DNA of 64,000 nt from Lytechinus pictus (Eukaryota), in NCBI RefSeq assembly GCF_037042905.1, contig NC_087263.1:6510001-6574000 (forward strand), in the 5' to 3' direction. Numbering within the stretch: the first letter of the stretch is position 1; every line of letters begins with the position of its first letter. Made by a program: the position numbers and the translations under genes. Shown here in pieces: positions 28,901 to 39,840 of the stretch. The notes beneath the pieces were generated by a model that searched no databases, was not told the DNA's origin, and saw only the letters and a list, made by a program, of their open reading frames with translations.

Positions 28901-30095
28901 ATATATATTTATCATGTTAGCAAATTTCTCTCACCTGCAACTCCAAGATCTATATGCACGTCTGGTGCTCCTTGGGCTATCATTTTGGCGGCAAGTTCTA
29001 CTGCAAGATGTTCAATTTCCATGGCAATGTTGGTCGGTCGATTAAGAGTCTAAACAAGATATATTTGTATATTATATAAATAGATGATGCACTGCATTCA
29101 TACGTGATTACACATTCTAAAACGAAATTTCATCACAATGTCATTGAGCGTTCGCCAAAAATGATTTTATTTTCTTGTTTGGATCACTATTGTGATCATT
29201 TAGAAATCATTTTATTAAGTTGATAGCATAAACAATCAGTTCAGAGATCGAACGGTCCAAGCTTCAAACCTCTATTTAACTCTGAATTGGCAAAATAAAA
29301 AGAGACAAAGGAATGAAGGATATATTGTTGTGCATGGTACGATATTTAAACGATATTTAAGATTTAAATAATGAAAGCAGAACTTACGGTATTATTCCCA
29401 CAGTAATTTTCGTCTTGTAATCCAGCCAATCTTTCCTGAAACTGTTTAACAAAAACAAACCATTTGAATTACTAACATTTGTTTTTTTTTAACTATGTGA
29501 ACTACTAACATTTCTTATTTTTTGCGTAAGAATAAATGATTTAATAAATCATTGCACAGCTTAATTACATTTCTTCTTGGAAAGGCAATCGACAAAGAAA
29601 CAAGAGGTGCCGTGGCCGAGTGGTGTCAGGCACCTGGCTATACATGCCAATGAGCAAGGCATTTAATCTACATTGATCTTTTATCCTGCTTTCAAATAAA
29701 TGGAAATGCTGTTATTGGTAACTAGGTGTGCACTTGTTAAAAAAAACAAGGAAGACTACATGTCTGACTTGATTTTGAAGGGATGCAGGTATTCTGTCAC
29801 ACACCAATTAAATAGATGTTGAATTAAGTATTTAGGAACTTTATCCAGAGACTATAAGCATATGACTGAAAAAAATTATCAAGAGAAATTAGAAAATAAT
29901 AAAAAGAAGATCAGGTAGGTCATACTGTCATAAATTCCTTCAGCGCAAGAAAAATAAACGTATTTTGTTTGCAACTGTTAATATAATTTTGTAATTGTTG
30001 CTTAGCTGGTTGTTATGTATTATTTTTTTCTGTATTGAAAATGGGACACCATTTCGAAAAATCCATGTAACACAACACACCATATATATACATAA

Positions 30096-30129
<34 letters not shown>

Positions 30130-33100
30130 ATATATAAATGTGTGAAGTTATACATGTACTACAGCTTTGGCAACTCTTTTATATTTAAATATTGTGTGAA
30201 TAAATATTGAATAAATTGTGTGAATAAATATATATATATATATATAAATCTCTCTCCGACCATGTTAAATTCATTTAGCTACATTCTATGAAAAAATACA
30301 TTTCCCAGTATATCATGGTGTATCAAAGTCTACACTGTAGGACTATACATCCGGCATGAAGTATTCAACGAATAACAGCGTTTGGCAACGATATTTTCAA
30401 ATTTGTTTAGCGTTGAAGTTGATACCGACCCTCATTTCTTCCAAATCGTTTCGATTTCATGTTCATTTCAATGTCTTCAATGTCATTCGACAAATCCCTG
30501 CATAACCTTCAGTGCTTTATCATAATGAAACACGGTAAACGAAACATGATCTCTCGATAATATTGAAAGAAAGGTCACAGAAGAAACATGAAAATAAAAA
30601 GAGTACTTTGCTTTTAGGAGACGAACTCTGACGGATAAGAACAAACACAACAAGCAGTTTGTTTTCCATTTTCCCTTATACGTAAAATACCGTATCATAT
30701 TTTAATCCTGCATCCTGTTTAGATCTATCCTTTTAATAATTCCACGAAAAGAAACAAGCATTCAGTAAAACGAATCAAACAGTCTGTATCCGAAAGGTGA
30801 ATTAGTATGATTGTGTTGAAAATCATTCCTTTAATGAAAGCGACTGAATCAAAGAGGGTCAAAACTGAAAAAAAATCAATAAATTTTTATTTTTTACCAA
30901 CAAAAAAACATTTATGTGACCTAATAAATGCTTAGAGGTGATACATCTGTGTCGAAATAATTGTTAGATAGCAATGCCCTGATCTCAGTGATATGCCTAT
31001 TGAAAAAACTATTGTTTATTAATGGATTTTTTTATTGCCGGTGTATTCAATACATGGAATTCAAAGAATAGGAAATGAAAATACTTTACCTGGTATTCTG
31101 GGGAATTTTCTGTGAGGAAAGAGGGAGGTATAAAATATTAATACAAAATCCATGGCAACGGAAAGCAGATAAAAACAATTAGATATCTACCATCAAAATA
31201 ACAAATAAAATGTTAACTGCAATATCGTCAAAAAGTCAAAACAACATCATCGACTGTGAAAAAAATTGTGACAATAATCATCATAATCCCAGCTAATTTC
31301 AGCAAATGTATGAGGAGTGTTAACGAAAAGGCGTAGGGGAGCATTTTTATCAAATTTTTAAAATCCTCAGCATGTAGATGGAAATAATTATAGGTTATTA
31401 GAATGTTTCAGATGTAAAGAGTTAAAGTATAAATATGAAATCCAAATCGATTGATTTGTGACGTATCTTAGCATTACATTTTGATAACCCTTATTCTTCG
31501 GGTTGGTCTTTGAGGCTACGCAGGAGACTTCAATCCAAGTTCAACTATACCCCCGTGTATCATATCATTACAAATTTATGGCATTTTAAAGGATCCTAGA
31601 AGCTTGGGTTTTTTCTTGAGGCTATATACAAAACATGCTTGAATGAGTTTCGTTCGACTATTAAATATGATTTGCCCGACCTCGGTATATTTTGCTTATA
31701 TTGTCAGTCGACATAGCAACGCAACATTGGCATGATCATTACGAGAATATCCACTTTGTTATTTCGCCGACAGCCATTATAATCGTAAAATTATTACAGT
31801 TATTACAATGTTGTGATTTTTTTTTTATAAAGCAAACCATCATAGGAATATATATACATGTACATTACTATTGTGAAAAATTACATGTACAGCAATTTTG
31901 ACAAGTTATTCTAGGCCTATTTACTTATGCTGTAAATGTGGTCTCACCATTTTTTAAGGGAAGAGAGCTCTGGGAACTTCAATCAACTTATAACATGTAT
32001 AATGCAATAGTACAAATTATTATCGTATATAATCCCACTTTATCTATTAGTTGATGCGTATATGGGCTATTAAAGACTCGCATATATAGGCCTATATGAT
32101 ATGCAATACGTTTATAGCACTATAATCGATTTGGATGAAAGGCTTTTAAGGTATTTCCGGATTCAAATTAATACTGCCGTTCTACGCAAGCCATTAGATG
32201 TAATTAACAGAAGGCCTATAAGTGTGTATGTCAATATACGTGACAAGGTCAAGTCCGTTATACTGGAATATAGATTGATATTCAAGGTACCTAAATTAAT
32301 AGAAGTGTGAGTTGTGGTCGGGTGTGTGTGTGAGTGTGTGTATTCAACTCGTCTATTCATTTTCCAAGGATACTATTGGTATTATGATTTTTTGTTATTA
32401 CTTTAAGTTTAGTTTTTCTGTTTTTATTGTATTTTGAATAATGTTTGATAATGTTATTAAAACATATTTTGTGATCGAAACATTTAAATGTCGCTCCATG
32501 TGTAACCATGCTTTTATTCGCATTATGCAAGTGTTCAAAGATTTGGAGATAGATGCTTAATAAAAAAATGGCGAAATTGACACTTAAATTACAGTAATGT
32601 CTACTATTACCATATTATTATTATTATTATTATTGCCATGAATATCATTATTATTATTATCATTAATATCATTACTATTATTATCATTATCACTTCTATT
32701 ACTTCTATCATCATATCATTATTGTAACCCTACTTAATATTATTACCATTATCATATTATAAACTTTTATTGAGGTAAACGAAGTTGATGAGATAGTTTC
32801 AATATTACTATATTCGACACATGTTTAGGTTGCCACGGTATACTTTTGTCTCGAAAGTAAAACAATGTTTGTAATCCACATTGAGCTGGACGAGGATCTT
32901 TTGCATAAGATGAGAGACGAATTATTTCGATGGAGATAGTACTGCTTGAATTTAAACATTGATATTCTGACTTTAAATTGTTTGTATTTGCCTCCCTTTA
33001 ATCAGTTCGTGTAAATACAAGGTCATGATTTTTAGCCTGGACTAAAATAATTGTTTAACATCTTTAAGCACACCTTACTTTACATTCAAGAAGAGGCCGG

Positions 33101-36100
33101 AAATACTTTTTTTTGTAAACTGCATCAGATTTGAGCCAATTATACTGCCAGCACCTTTGTCAACTTGGGATTATATTTTCAGAGGAAGAATATGAAGAGC
33201 TAAAATACTTGTTGAATTCTAGGATATCCCAATTATAAAACTGCTGTATCCTAAAACGTGCAATATTGATATGAAGTTTGAAAACCTACCTTCGACGGGC
33301 AAGCATGTTGGGTATTTTGCAGGAACATCCAAGGCAGCTTCCATGGCATACGCATTCGAACCATTTCTACCCATTTTCCAAGAATATAGTGCAACTTGAA
33401 AAGAGGCCTCTGGGTTCTTGTGTGACACGCAGTGCAGACCCGGCTCAAGTTCGTAAGAGAGGGCGCAATAGGTCGTTCCGTTTACCATTGATATTACACG
33501 GCTAACTTTCAGTTCACTTCCATTTACCAGGAACCCTTGGATATCCCTGCAATTTATGATGACGTCCATGATGTTTTCGTTCTCGAAGGGAAGCACATCA
33601 ACGAGGAGATTTCGCTTAGATTCGTTTAGAGGAGGAACGTTAAACATACTTGGATCGCTCCGGATGCCATTAGCATTACTCTCATTGGAACCAATCATAT
33701 ATTTAACGATTGAAATTGACTCATTTGCAGTGATCTCAATAACCTGATCGAACGCCCTTTGGTCATCAAATGAAAAATGTTGACCATGAACGGTAAACCA
33801 ATTTTCCCAGTCAAGACCACTGACTGTAACGTTTGCGACTGTTCCTTCCGGTGCAAAAATCTTGAGTAGGTAGTTGAACCTGTCGATTCTGGCGAAAGGC
33901 GCAACGGCAAAGTGGTTTCCCCAAAACCTTTGTGGCACCATTTGCTCCAAGATATATCCCCCCGTCCCCTTCTCGAAAAAGCTAGTCATCCCACCTGCAA
34001 CGACGGAAACATTCTTCTCAGATTTCACAAATGTTCCTGTCAGGTCCACCTTCTTGCCTTTACAGAACATTGATTCAAACCTCCACAATACAACAGTAGC
34101 ATTGTCTGTGCTAGCACTTTCCAGTGGATCACAATTAAATTGATTCCCCCATGGGTTGTAGATATGAATAAAGTTGTTATCTGCCAAGGATGTTATAGTA
34201 AACAGAGTGAGTTTGTTTTTGTTATGCGCTATGATATGGCGGGTTCCGGTGGATTCTGATGGTATAACATGGAAGGCAGCAACTGGCCGAAGGAACTCCA
34301 AGTACGCTACGACACCGATCCTTCGTGTAGAATTGACAATAACGGTGGCGTTTTTGTAGTCGGGAAGTTGATGGGTCCCAAGGCTCAGATTCACCCTTTC
34401 TACATGCCCTGGTTGGAGAATAAACGTTCTCTCGAAATTTGTCCTGGGAATGGCTACATGAATCGATGAATTCTTGAGATCCCCGGAGATTATATCAATC
34501 ACACAGGGTTTGTTCTCCTTTTGCCTTGATTTGCGGTCCGCCAAGAAGCTGAAGGCGAAGAGCTTACCCCCGTAATTTGGTCCCTTTTCAGCTCCAACTA
34601 AACAGAGTAGGCATACACAAAGGACCTGTAGGGCAATTCGGACAAGACACAGACACAATTGAGCATTGTATTACAGCGAAGACTTTCTTAACAAAACTAG
34701 TCATTTAATTATGAAGATTATACTGTTTCAAGTAGTATTGTGTCATACCCTTTGCGTCTGTCCCGTGTATTTGTTCTTACTGTCAAAATTGTGCATTTAC
34801 GATGATGATATTCTGTATAATTAAGAACTCAACTAACTACTTGAAAAAAACGGAAGTAACGCATACTGAGATGAGCTAGTAAGGTTGCTCTATATTCTGT
34901 ATTCTTCTCCTCTATACACACCGTTGTCATGATTGTGAGCAGCAGAAACAATACATTATATTTTACAACGCCTTTATATGAAATAGCCACCCTGGACACG
35001 CTGGACGGACAAATCTGAACGAAGCCTGCACTGTAATTTCTGGGGGGTTAAAACTGACTCCAGTCCTAGAGATGAAATATAACTGTCAGTGTCAAATATA
35101 AACGTAATGAACATTCCTGTTTTCTGGAAGCCAAACATGTCAAAATTGTTCACAGTCATGGTATGTTTCTTTTGTTTACTGAGCTCTTTCCCAAATTATT
35201 TAATGGTGAAGACAGTTATCTTATTTATCATTCCCAGACAGATAAGGATGATTTGAAAGTCAAATGAGCTATATGTCCCAAATGGCTATTCATTGTTAAA
35301 GGTCAAGTCCACCCCAGAAAAATGTTGATTTGAATAAAAAGAGAACAATCAAACAAGCATAACCCTGAAAATTTCATCAAAATTGCAAAAAAAATAAGAA
35401 AGTTATGGAATTTTAAAGTTTCGCTTATTTTTCACAAAACTGTGATATGCACAATTAGGTGAGTCAGTCGATGATGTCTATCACTCACTATTTCTTTTGT
35501 TTTTTATTGTTTGAATGATACAATTTTTCATTTTTTACAGATTTGACAATAAGGACCAACTTGACTGAACCATATAGTATAAAACAATGCTATCTACACA
35601 TGTTCAGGGAGGAATTAATCATTGTAGCACCTGACAATGAGGAGACAATAAGAATATTTCGTATTTTATGTAATAAAATACAAAATAAATAGTGAGTGGA
35701 TGACGTCATCAGTCTCCTCATTTGCATACCTACCAGGATGTGAATCGAACTGTTTTGTGAAATTAAGCAAAACTTTAAAATGTCATATCTTTTTTTATTT
35801 TACATCCGATTTTGATGAAATTTTCAGTGTTATGCTTTTTGGATTTGTCTCTTTTTATTCAAATAATTTTTTGTTGGGGTGGACTTGTCCTTTAAATCAC
35901 AACTTTAGACCAGGGTTTAAATTAAACGCGACTTCAGAATACGGACCAGAGTGAAATAACTGGTATGGTCTTCTATGAACACCATTCAACACCTCTCTCT
36001 CTCTCTATGCAGTGTAAAAAAACGAAGTGCTAATTTAGCACTTACAGTGCTTGTATTGTGACTGCACTACGATTGCTGATTTTCTAGTTCAAATTTAAAC

Positions 36101-36323
36101 TAGAAAATCAGCACTCGTAGTGCAGTCACTATACAAGCACTGTAAGTGCTAAATTAGCACTTCATTTTTTTACAGTGTAACTCTCTCTTGTTCTCTGTGT
36201 GAAGCCTAGATTGATTCAGATAAATCAAGATCAAGCAAAGATAGCAGATCGGCATTATGGAAATAAAATATAGCATATCCTTACCAGTGTGAGGGAAATG
36301 ACAAAATGTAAAAGCTTTTCCAT
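13721..36323 (-). CDS. Adhesion GPCR: signal peptide, FCGBP-N (IgGFc-binding) domain, GAIN/GPS, secretin-type 7TM; 16 coding exons, ~1008 aa
   Basis: join(36323-36285, 34625-33290, 31109-31090, 29441-29388, 29049-28935, 27622-27415, 26915-26786, 23420-23365, 21910-21799, 21057-20951, 19216-19117, 18003-17850, 16486-16402, 15821-15663, 14796-14628, 13903-13721). All introns are GT-AG, phases are consistent, total 3027 nt, no internal stop. Extra phase-symmetric exons cannot be excluded. Confidence 0.85.
14628..14796 (-). CDS. aGPCR exon 15: TM6-TM7
   Basis: VKACVILLPVMGLTWIFG...YLFLICNSLQGFFIFVFHCLLNSE, a typical adhesion 7TM signature; donor gtatgt. Confidence 0.93.
15663..15821 (-). CDS. 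aGPCR exon 14: ECL2-TM5
   Basis: CFLRREDDSIWFFVVPILTIIALNVYFVSRVV; acceptor ctttcag, donor gtgagt. Confidence 0.9.
16402..16486 (-). CDS. aGPCR exon 13: TM4 and ECL2
   Basis: (L)CPIIPLSATLAFY...; acceptor catcctag, donor gtaagt. Confidence 0.85.
16521..17003. mobile_element. Kolobok-type MITE (same family as 18546-19034)
   Basis: TTAA-AGGTGAAGATCACCCTGAC ... GTCAGGGTGAATTTCCT; internal similarity to 18546-19034. Confidence 0.7.
17237..17395. mobile_element. Short MITE (Harbinger-like)
   Basis: TIR GGGGGGCGTTTCAT / ATGAAACGCTCCCC. Confidence 0.65.
17850..18003 (-). CDS. aGPCR exon 12: TM3 to start of TM4
   Basis: VQCTVKASLLYYFFMSAFCWMLIEGVNLF...YLVIGW; donor gtaagt. Confidence 0.92.
18546..19034. 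mobile_element. Kolobok-type MITE
   Basis: AGGGGAAGTTCGCCC ... GTGAAATTCCCCT-TTAA. Confidence 0.7.
19117..19216 (-). CDS. aGPCR exon 11: TM2
   Basis: LKSDRVMIHINLALAVGLGQIMILF matches the adhesion IHxNL motif; acceptor tttattag; weak donor gtctgg. Confidence 0.85.
19972..20742. mobile_element. piggyBac-type MITE
   Basis: TTAA TSDs (19968-19971, 20743-20746); TIR CCCTAACTCTCCCGGGG / CCCCGGGAGAATTAGGG. Confidence 0.85.
20951..21057 (-). CDS. aGPCR exon 10: TM1
   Basis: (Q)LSPADTLAANVITSIGCGLSIAGAFFTIFSF; CAGCAG tandem acceptor; donor gtaagt. Confidence 0.9.
21799..21910 (-). CDS. aGPCR exon 9: GPS motif
   Basis: GWSQEGCW...VECACDHLTNFAVLM contains the canonical HL|T cleavage site and a Stachel-like TNFAVLM. 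Confidence 0.95.
22631..22790. repeat. Direct duplication of a ~73-bp unit
   Basis: CATTTAATACA(T/C)ACATGCATGAAAATATCAAATACAAAATTGTGATTTCTTG...AAGTATAGGGAC occurs twice. Confidence 0.8.
23365..23420 (-). CDS. aGPCR exon 8: start of GPS (CSFWN)
   Basis: PPRFADGLALCSFWNHTLR; donor gtaagt; acceptor caacag is less certain. Confidence 0.8.
23950..24400 (-). mobile_element. Highly degenerate L1/Tx1-like RT remnant
   Basis: Minus-strand KLVYFADD at ~24090-24115 with weak flanking RT-like motifs; many stops. Confidence 0.35.
26297..26721. mobile_element. MITE with a second MITE (26322-26483) inserted in its left terminal repeat
   Basis: Inner TIR CTGGGCTCCGTAACAC / GTGTTACGGAGCCCAG. Outer arms CTAAATGGAAAGAACTAATCTG..ATCACACT..GAGACGAG..ACCAGTC versus GACTGGT..CTCGTCTC..AGTGTGAT..CAGATTAG..CATTTAG. 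Confidence 0.65.
26786..26915 (-). CDS. aGPCR exon 7: GAIN subdomain B (MVGSQVLSLSL)
   Basis: ALDPSGDREMVGSQVLSLSLYP...LPSPVGMVF resembles the GAIN 'VNSxVISxS...LxxPVxIxF' pattern; phase-2 acceptor tcaag, donor gtgagt. Confidence 0.8.
27415..27622 (-). CDS. aGPCR exon 6: GAIN (IISIVFRNLG)
   Basis: Resembles the GAIN 'vvsvxYxnLg' strand; acceptor gcaacag, donor gtaagt. Confidence 0.8.
28935..29049 (-). CDS. aGPCR exon 5: GAIN helical part
   Basis: TLNRPTNIAMEIEHLAVELAAKM...; acceptor tgtttag, donor gtgaga. Confidence 0.75.
29388..29441 (-). CDS. aGPCR exon 4
   Basis: (FQ)ERLAGLQDENYCGNNT; two in-frame acceptors 6 nt apart; donor gtaagt. Confidence 0.7.
29606..29740 (+). mobile_element. tRNA-derived SINE, internally deleted (same family as 63175-63350)
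   Basis: A-box GTGGCCGAGTGG; shared body CTTTTATCCTGC..TCAAATAAATGGAAATGC..GGTGTGCACTT. Confidence 0.7.
31090..31109 (-). CDS. aGPCR exon 3: 20-nt microexon (ENSPEYQ)
   Basis: Strong pyrimidine tract cctccctctttcctcacag, donor gtaaag; converts phase 1 to phase 0 as the model requires. Confidence 0.72.
33290..34625 (-). CDS. aGPCR exon 2: end of signal peptide and FCGBP N-terminal (IgGFc_binding) domain
   Basis: GKLFAFSFL, IVNSTRRIGVVAY, VIPSESTGTRH, DLTGTFVKSEKNVSVVAG, LEQMVPQRFWG, ITANESISIVKY, DPSMFNVPP follow the FCGBP-N motif order; acceptor ccctacag, donor gtaggt. Confidence 0.88.
35300..35891. mobile_element. Kolobok-type MITE (same family as 50379-53630, opposite orientation)
   Basis: TTAA TSDs; TIR AGGTCAAGTCCACCCCA / TGGGGTGGACTTGTCCT. 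Confidence 0.85.
36010..36178. repeat. Near-perfect ~170-bp palindromic MITE (CACTG-type ends)
   Basis: ~80-bp arms GAAGTGCTAATTTAGCACTTACAGTGCTTGTA...CTAGTT and their reverse complement, with a tiny loop. Confidence 0.85.
36285..36323 (-). CDS. aGPCR exon 1: start codon and signal peptide N-half (MEKLLHFVISLTL)
   Basis: ACCATGG Kozak context; 13 codons; donor gtaagg; joins in phase 0 to VLCVCLLCLVGA to form a signal peptide. Confidence 0.8.
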
Positions 36324-38324
36324 GGTGAAACCTTCCTAGTCTTTTTTGGGGTTCAGTAGGAAGTTTCCGGGAAAAGGACAGCAGTATAACTCCAGATTGA
36401 AGGAGGTCACATTAAATCATGTGGCACTGTTGTGCGAAAAGTCTTGTTGGCTTGGAAACAGATCACTTCAGGAAATCAGGAAATATCCCATACTATCGCC
36501 TATCATTGCACATTGGTAAAGAAAATGTTAATTTGTGAATATAGGCCCATCAAAAGCACAACAAAAGTTGGTGTTCATCGTTTACTTGTGCACTTGGTCA
36601 CTGGTAGCGGAGTCAAGCTTATCCGTAGTGTTACAACTCTCATTTAGGCGCATTTTGTTAAATCATACTCAAGATCAAGTAATATTTCCACCACCTTATG
36701 ATCATGATGATTATGATACACCAAAACACAGGCACACCGCAATTTCCTTTTGAAAATCCGTGTCAGTCAAGTCATTCATAATACGCGAACTATAATCCGA
36801 AACTGGTGGTGGGAGAGGTGGAAGAGTAAATACTGGATGTACTACCACTTGTTTTCGAGTTGTCCAATGAAAACGGTTGGTTTCATGACGAACATCAGCC
36901 ACTTCACAAACATATCTCCAAACCCACCACCATGTCAATCGCAGAATGAGGGATTGCAACTTCAAGTTTCGTAGAACTAATTATTCGAGACGTTAATCAT
37001 AAACAAAACATAAATAACAATATTCCTCCCACCATGAGGACCATCAAACTCGGCGTCAAGTGCCAATTGGATAGTAGAGCTCACAATGAAAAGATGGCAT
37101 TGGTTACAGTCGTTCTGTATCACACCGGATGACGTCTGCATTTAATAACCAGGTTTTGTTCAGTATCCTGTAATCGGAAAACGCGTACTAAACCAGTACA
37201 TCAGCATTGACATTTAGGTAAAGTCTGCTTTTAGTGGAAAAGATTTAGGACATCAACTTTGCTTTGGAGACAAGAAATCCACACTTTGAAATATAAGTGG
37301 AATTGAATATCGTAACTACCCGTAACTTTACCGTCAAGTTACTAGCTTTCGTTGTAGGCTATAACTCATAGGTTTGTCATGTTCATTCGAGAACTACTAT
37401 TGGTTGGGTTACAGGACACTATAGACTCGCATAACAGCCGTTTTCTGTGTAATGGTGACACGGCATTTGATCCTGCGACTATTGCCCCGGGCTTTATTTC
37501 GTCTTAGATGTACGCCGGGTTGCAATATGGTTTTAGTTTAGGTTTAGGGTTAGGTTAGTGTAGGGTATGATGTCAAACCCAGGGTTGAAGTTGGTCATTC
37601 GTTTAGTGTCTTGAATTAAGAGCGATGTAATTGTCGCTGGAGCAAATGTAATGGAACATGCCTAATATGCCCGCACTATAGGGGCACGGACAGGGGGCTT
37701 TGGGGCCATAAACCTTCCCTGGTTTTTTTTTTCAAAGCCACATAAAAAGGGATAAAATAATGAAAAAGAAGGAAAGGGGTGAAATATTAAATCGTTCTCA
37801 GATCATTATGTAAAAACCTGTCACGAAATTTGAGTTTGCTTTTTATAAATATTGGCCAATACGCTATGTCTGCCCCTATCAATATTTGGTTTATTACGCT
37901 ACTGCCCTCATTAGCCATATACTGTACATTGTGCCATTCAAACAAAATTCCTCCATATTATGTTAAATTAACTTGTTATGTTTTTGAAGTGTTTTGTTCC
38001 GAATCAAATCAAGCCACATTTGTGGTGTGTATATAAAGTAGATACAGTATACAACATAAATTGTACAATGTGTAGTTAATTGTGTATATTGCAAGTGAGG
38101 GAACATGTGTATAACCAAGGTCCAAAGGGGAATTAGCGTTGAAATTGTTCCATTATGAGTGGTGGCGTCATCATGAAGGTTTACATAATATATAGAACAA
38201 ATTAGGAAAGCATATGAAATTTCAGCGTATATACTGTAATCGATATTTTTTTTTTTTTATTTGTTTCCTTAAGCTTTAGTGGAAAAGGCGGTATTTTTCA
38301 AGAGCATGTATTAATTACAGTATG

Positions 38325-38470
38325 TTTTCTTCTTCTTCTACTCCTCCTCCTACTTTTTCTTCTTCATCTTTCTTTTCTTCTCCTCCTCCTTCTTCTTCTT
38401 CTTCTTCATCTTGTCATTCTTAATTCTTCTTCTTCTTCTTCTTTTTCACCTTGTTATTCTGCTTCTTCTC
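38325..38470. repeat. (CTT/CCT)n microsatellite
   Basis: Direct inspection. Confidence 0.85.
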
Positions 38471-39598
38471 ATTCAGATCACGCTTGTATGCCATAAATGC
38501 TTTTATCATGTAGTGATATTATCGTCATCAGTATAATTTCCGTAGTATACAAATTGTATTCGTGTAGTATTATCATTATGATATCATTTCTACTTATCAT
38601 TGTTACTACTATCATTATTATTACCAGTAGCAGTAAAAGTGGTAGTAGTAATATTTCAATGTTATTATAATTTTACTGTCTTTACCATTCTCATTTCCAT
38701 TGCTTCATTACATTAGCCGCATAATTGCAATAGCATTATATTGGTAACAACAAACATGATAATAGTAATAATAGGTAAAATGGGGGCAAAAAACAACCAT
38801 CTGACCATGATTAGTTTTCATCGCTTCAATCAACTGTTTTTTTTATTTATGGAATTAAAGGGTAATACCCTTTGTACGTAGTAATATTTTTCGTTGTTCA
38901 TTATTTCCTACACGATGAATATTGAGAGAATGTGTTAAGTACGTGCATAATTTATTATAGAACTTTTTAGCAGGTTATTCTGCATTTATTGATAAAGAAT
39001 TATCATGAGTTCACAGTAATGAAAAAAATCTTGAATACAAAATTTCTGATCGAATTACAAACGTGGCATTTAAATTATAGTAACAATAGTAATACATAAT
39101 TCATATAATCAAGCACAAATGAATTTGAATAAAGGAACCGGCTGTCGTAACCAAATCTTGAATTGATAGCAGCCAGGAGAAAAAGGGCTATATCAAAGAC
39201 AATTAAAAAATATACATGTCTGTGCAATAAAAGTGATTTCACTTATTGAGAAACATCTATTAGGATAAGGGGAAGATAAATGCTTATGAACTAATGAAGT
39301 GGCATTAAGGCGAGTGTTTTCCCACAATAATAATTTATCCTACTTTGCCATTCGGAATGCTAGCTTTCATTTTCCCAATGAATAACTCACGATGATAATC
39401 TAGCAAAGAGGTGACTTTCGAAAAAAGGGAGTAAATGCCGCTACTACCTCCTGAAATGAACGCACCCTTCTAATTATATTAAAAAAATAATAATGGTGGG
39501 TGGTGAAAAATATATTTTTGGGTTTGTCCATGCATCAATCCAACTCCATGTCAAGATTGCTCATACATTGTCAAGACCAAAGCGAAGAAGTTCATGTA

Positions 39599-39840
39599 CA
39601 CTGCAAAAACTCCGGTGTTGATTTAACACAAGCCCGGATTCTATATATGTCAACACCAGAGAAGTATTGAAACAACACCAGTTTTGAATCAAACCGATGC
39701 TGTTTTAATACTAATTGGTGTTGTATTAACACCTATCTGGTGTTAGACCAAAACCAAACTGGTGTTGTTTCACACCTTTCTGGTGTGGACATATGTAGAT
39801 TCGGGACTGGTGTTAAATCAACTGCGTAGTTTTTGCAGTG
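39599..39840. mobile_element. MITE with CACTG termini (CACTA/EnSpm-like)
   Basis: TIR CACTGCAAAAACT..GTTGATTTAACAC / GTGTTAAATCAAC..AGTTTTTGCAGTG; internal AACACC repeats. Confidence 0.75.

Noticed and set aside
30330-30500. Possible extra aGPCR exon in coding-looking sequence
   Set aside because: Stops occur in all three minus-strand frames and I found no phase-compatible splice pair.
33219-34658. Stand-alone 479-aa secreted or membrane-anchored protein as given by the ORF track
   Set aside because: It starts at TTG inside an intron acceptor region. A good ATG exon lies at 36323, and the donor at 33289 links it in phase to the GAIN-7TM exons; the hydrophobic ORF tail is intronic.
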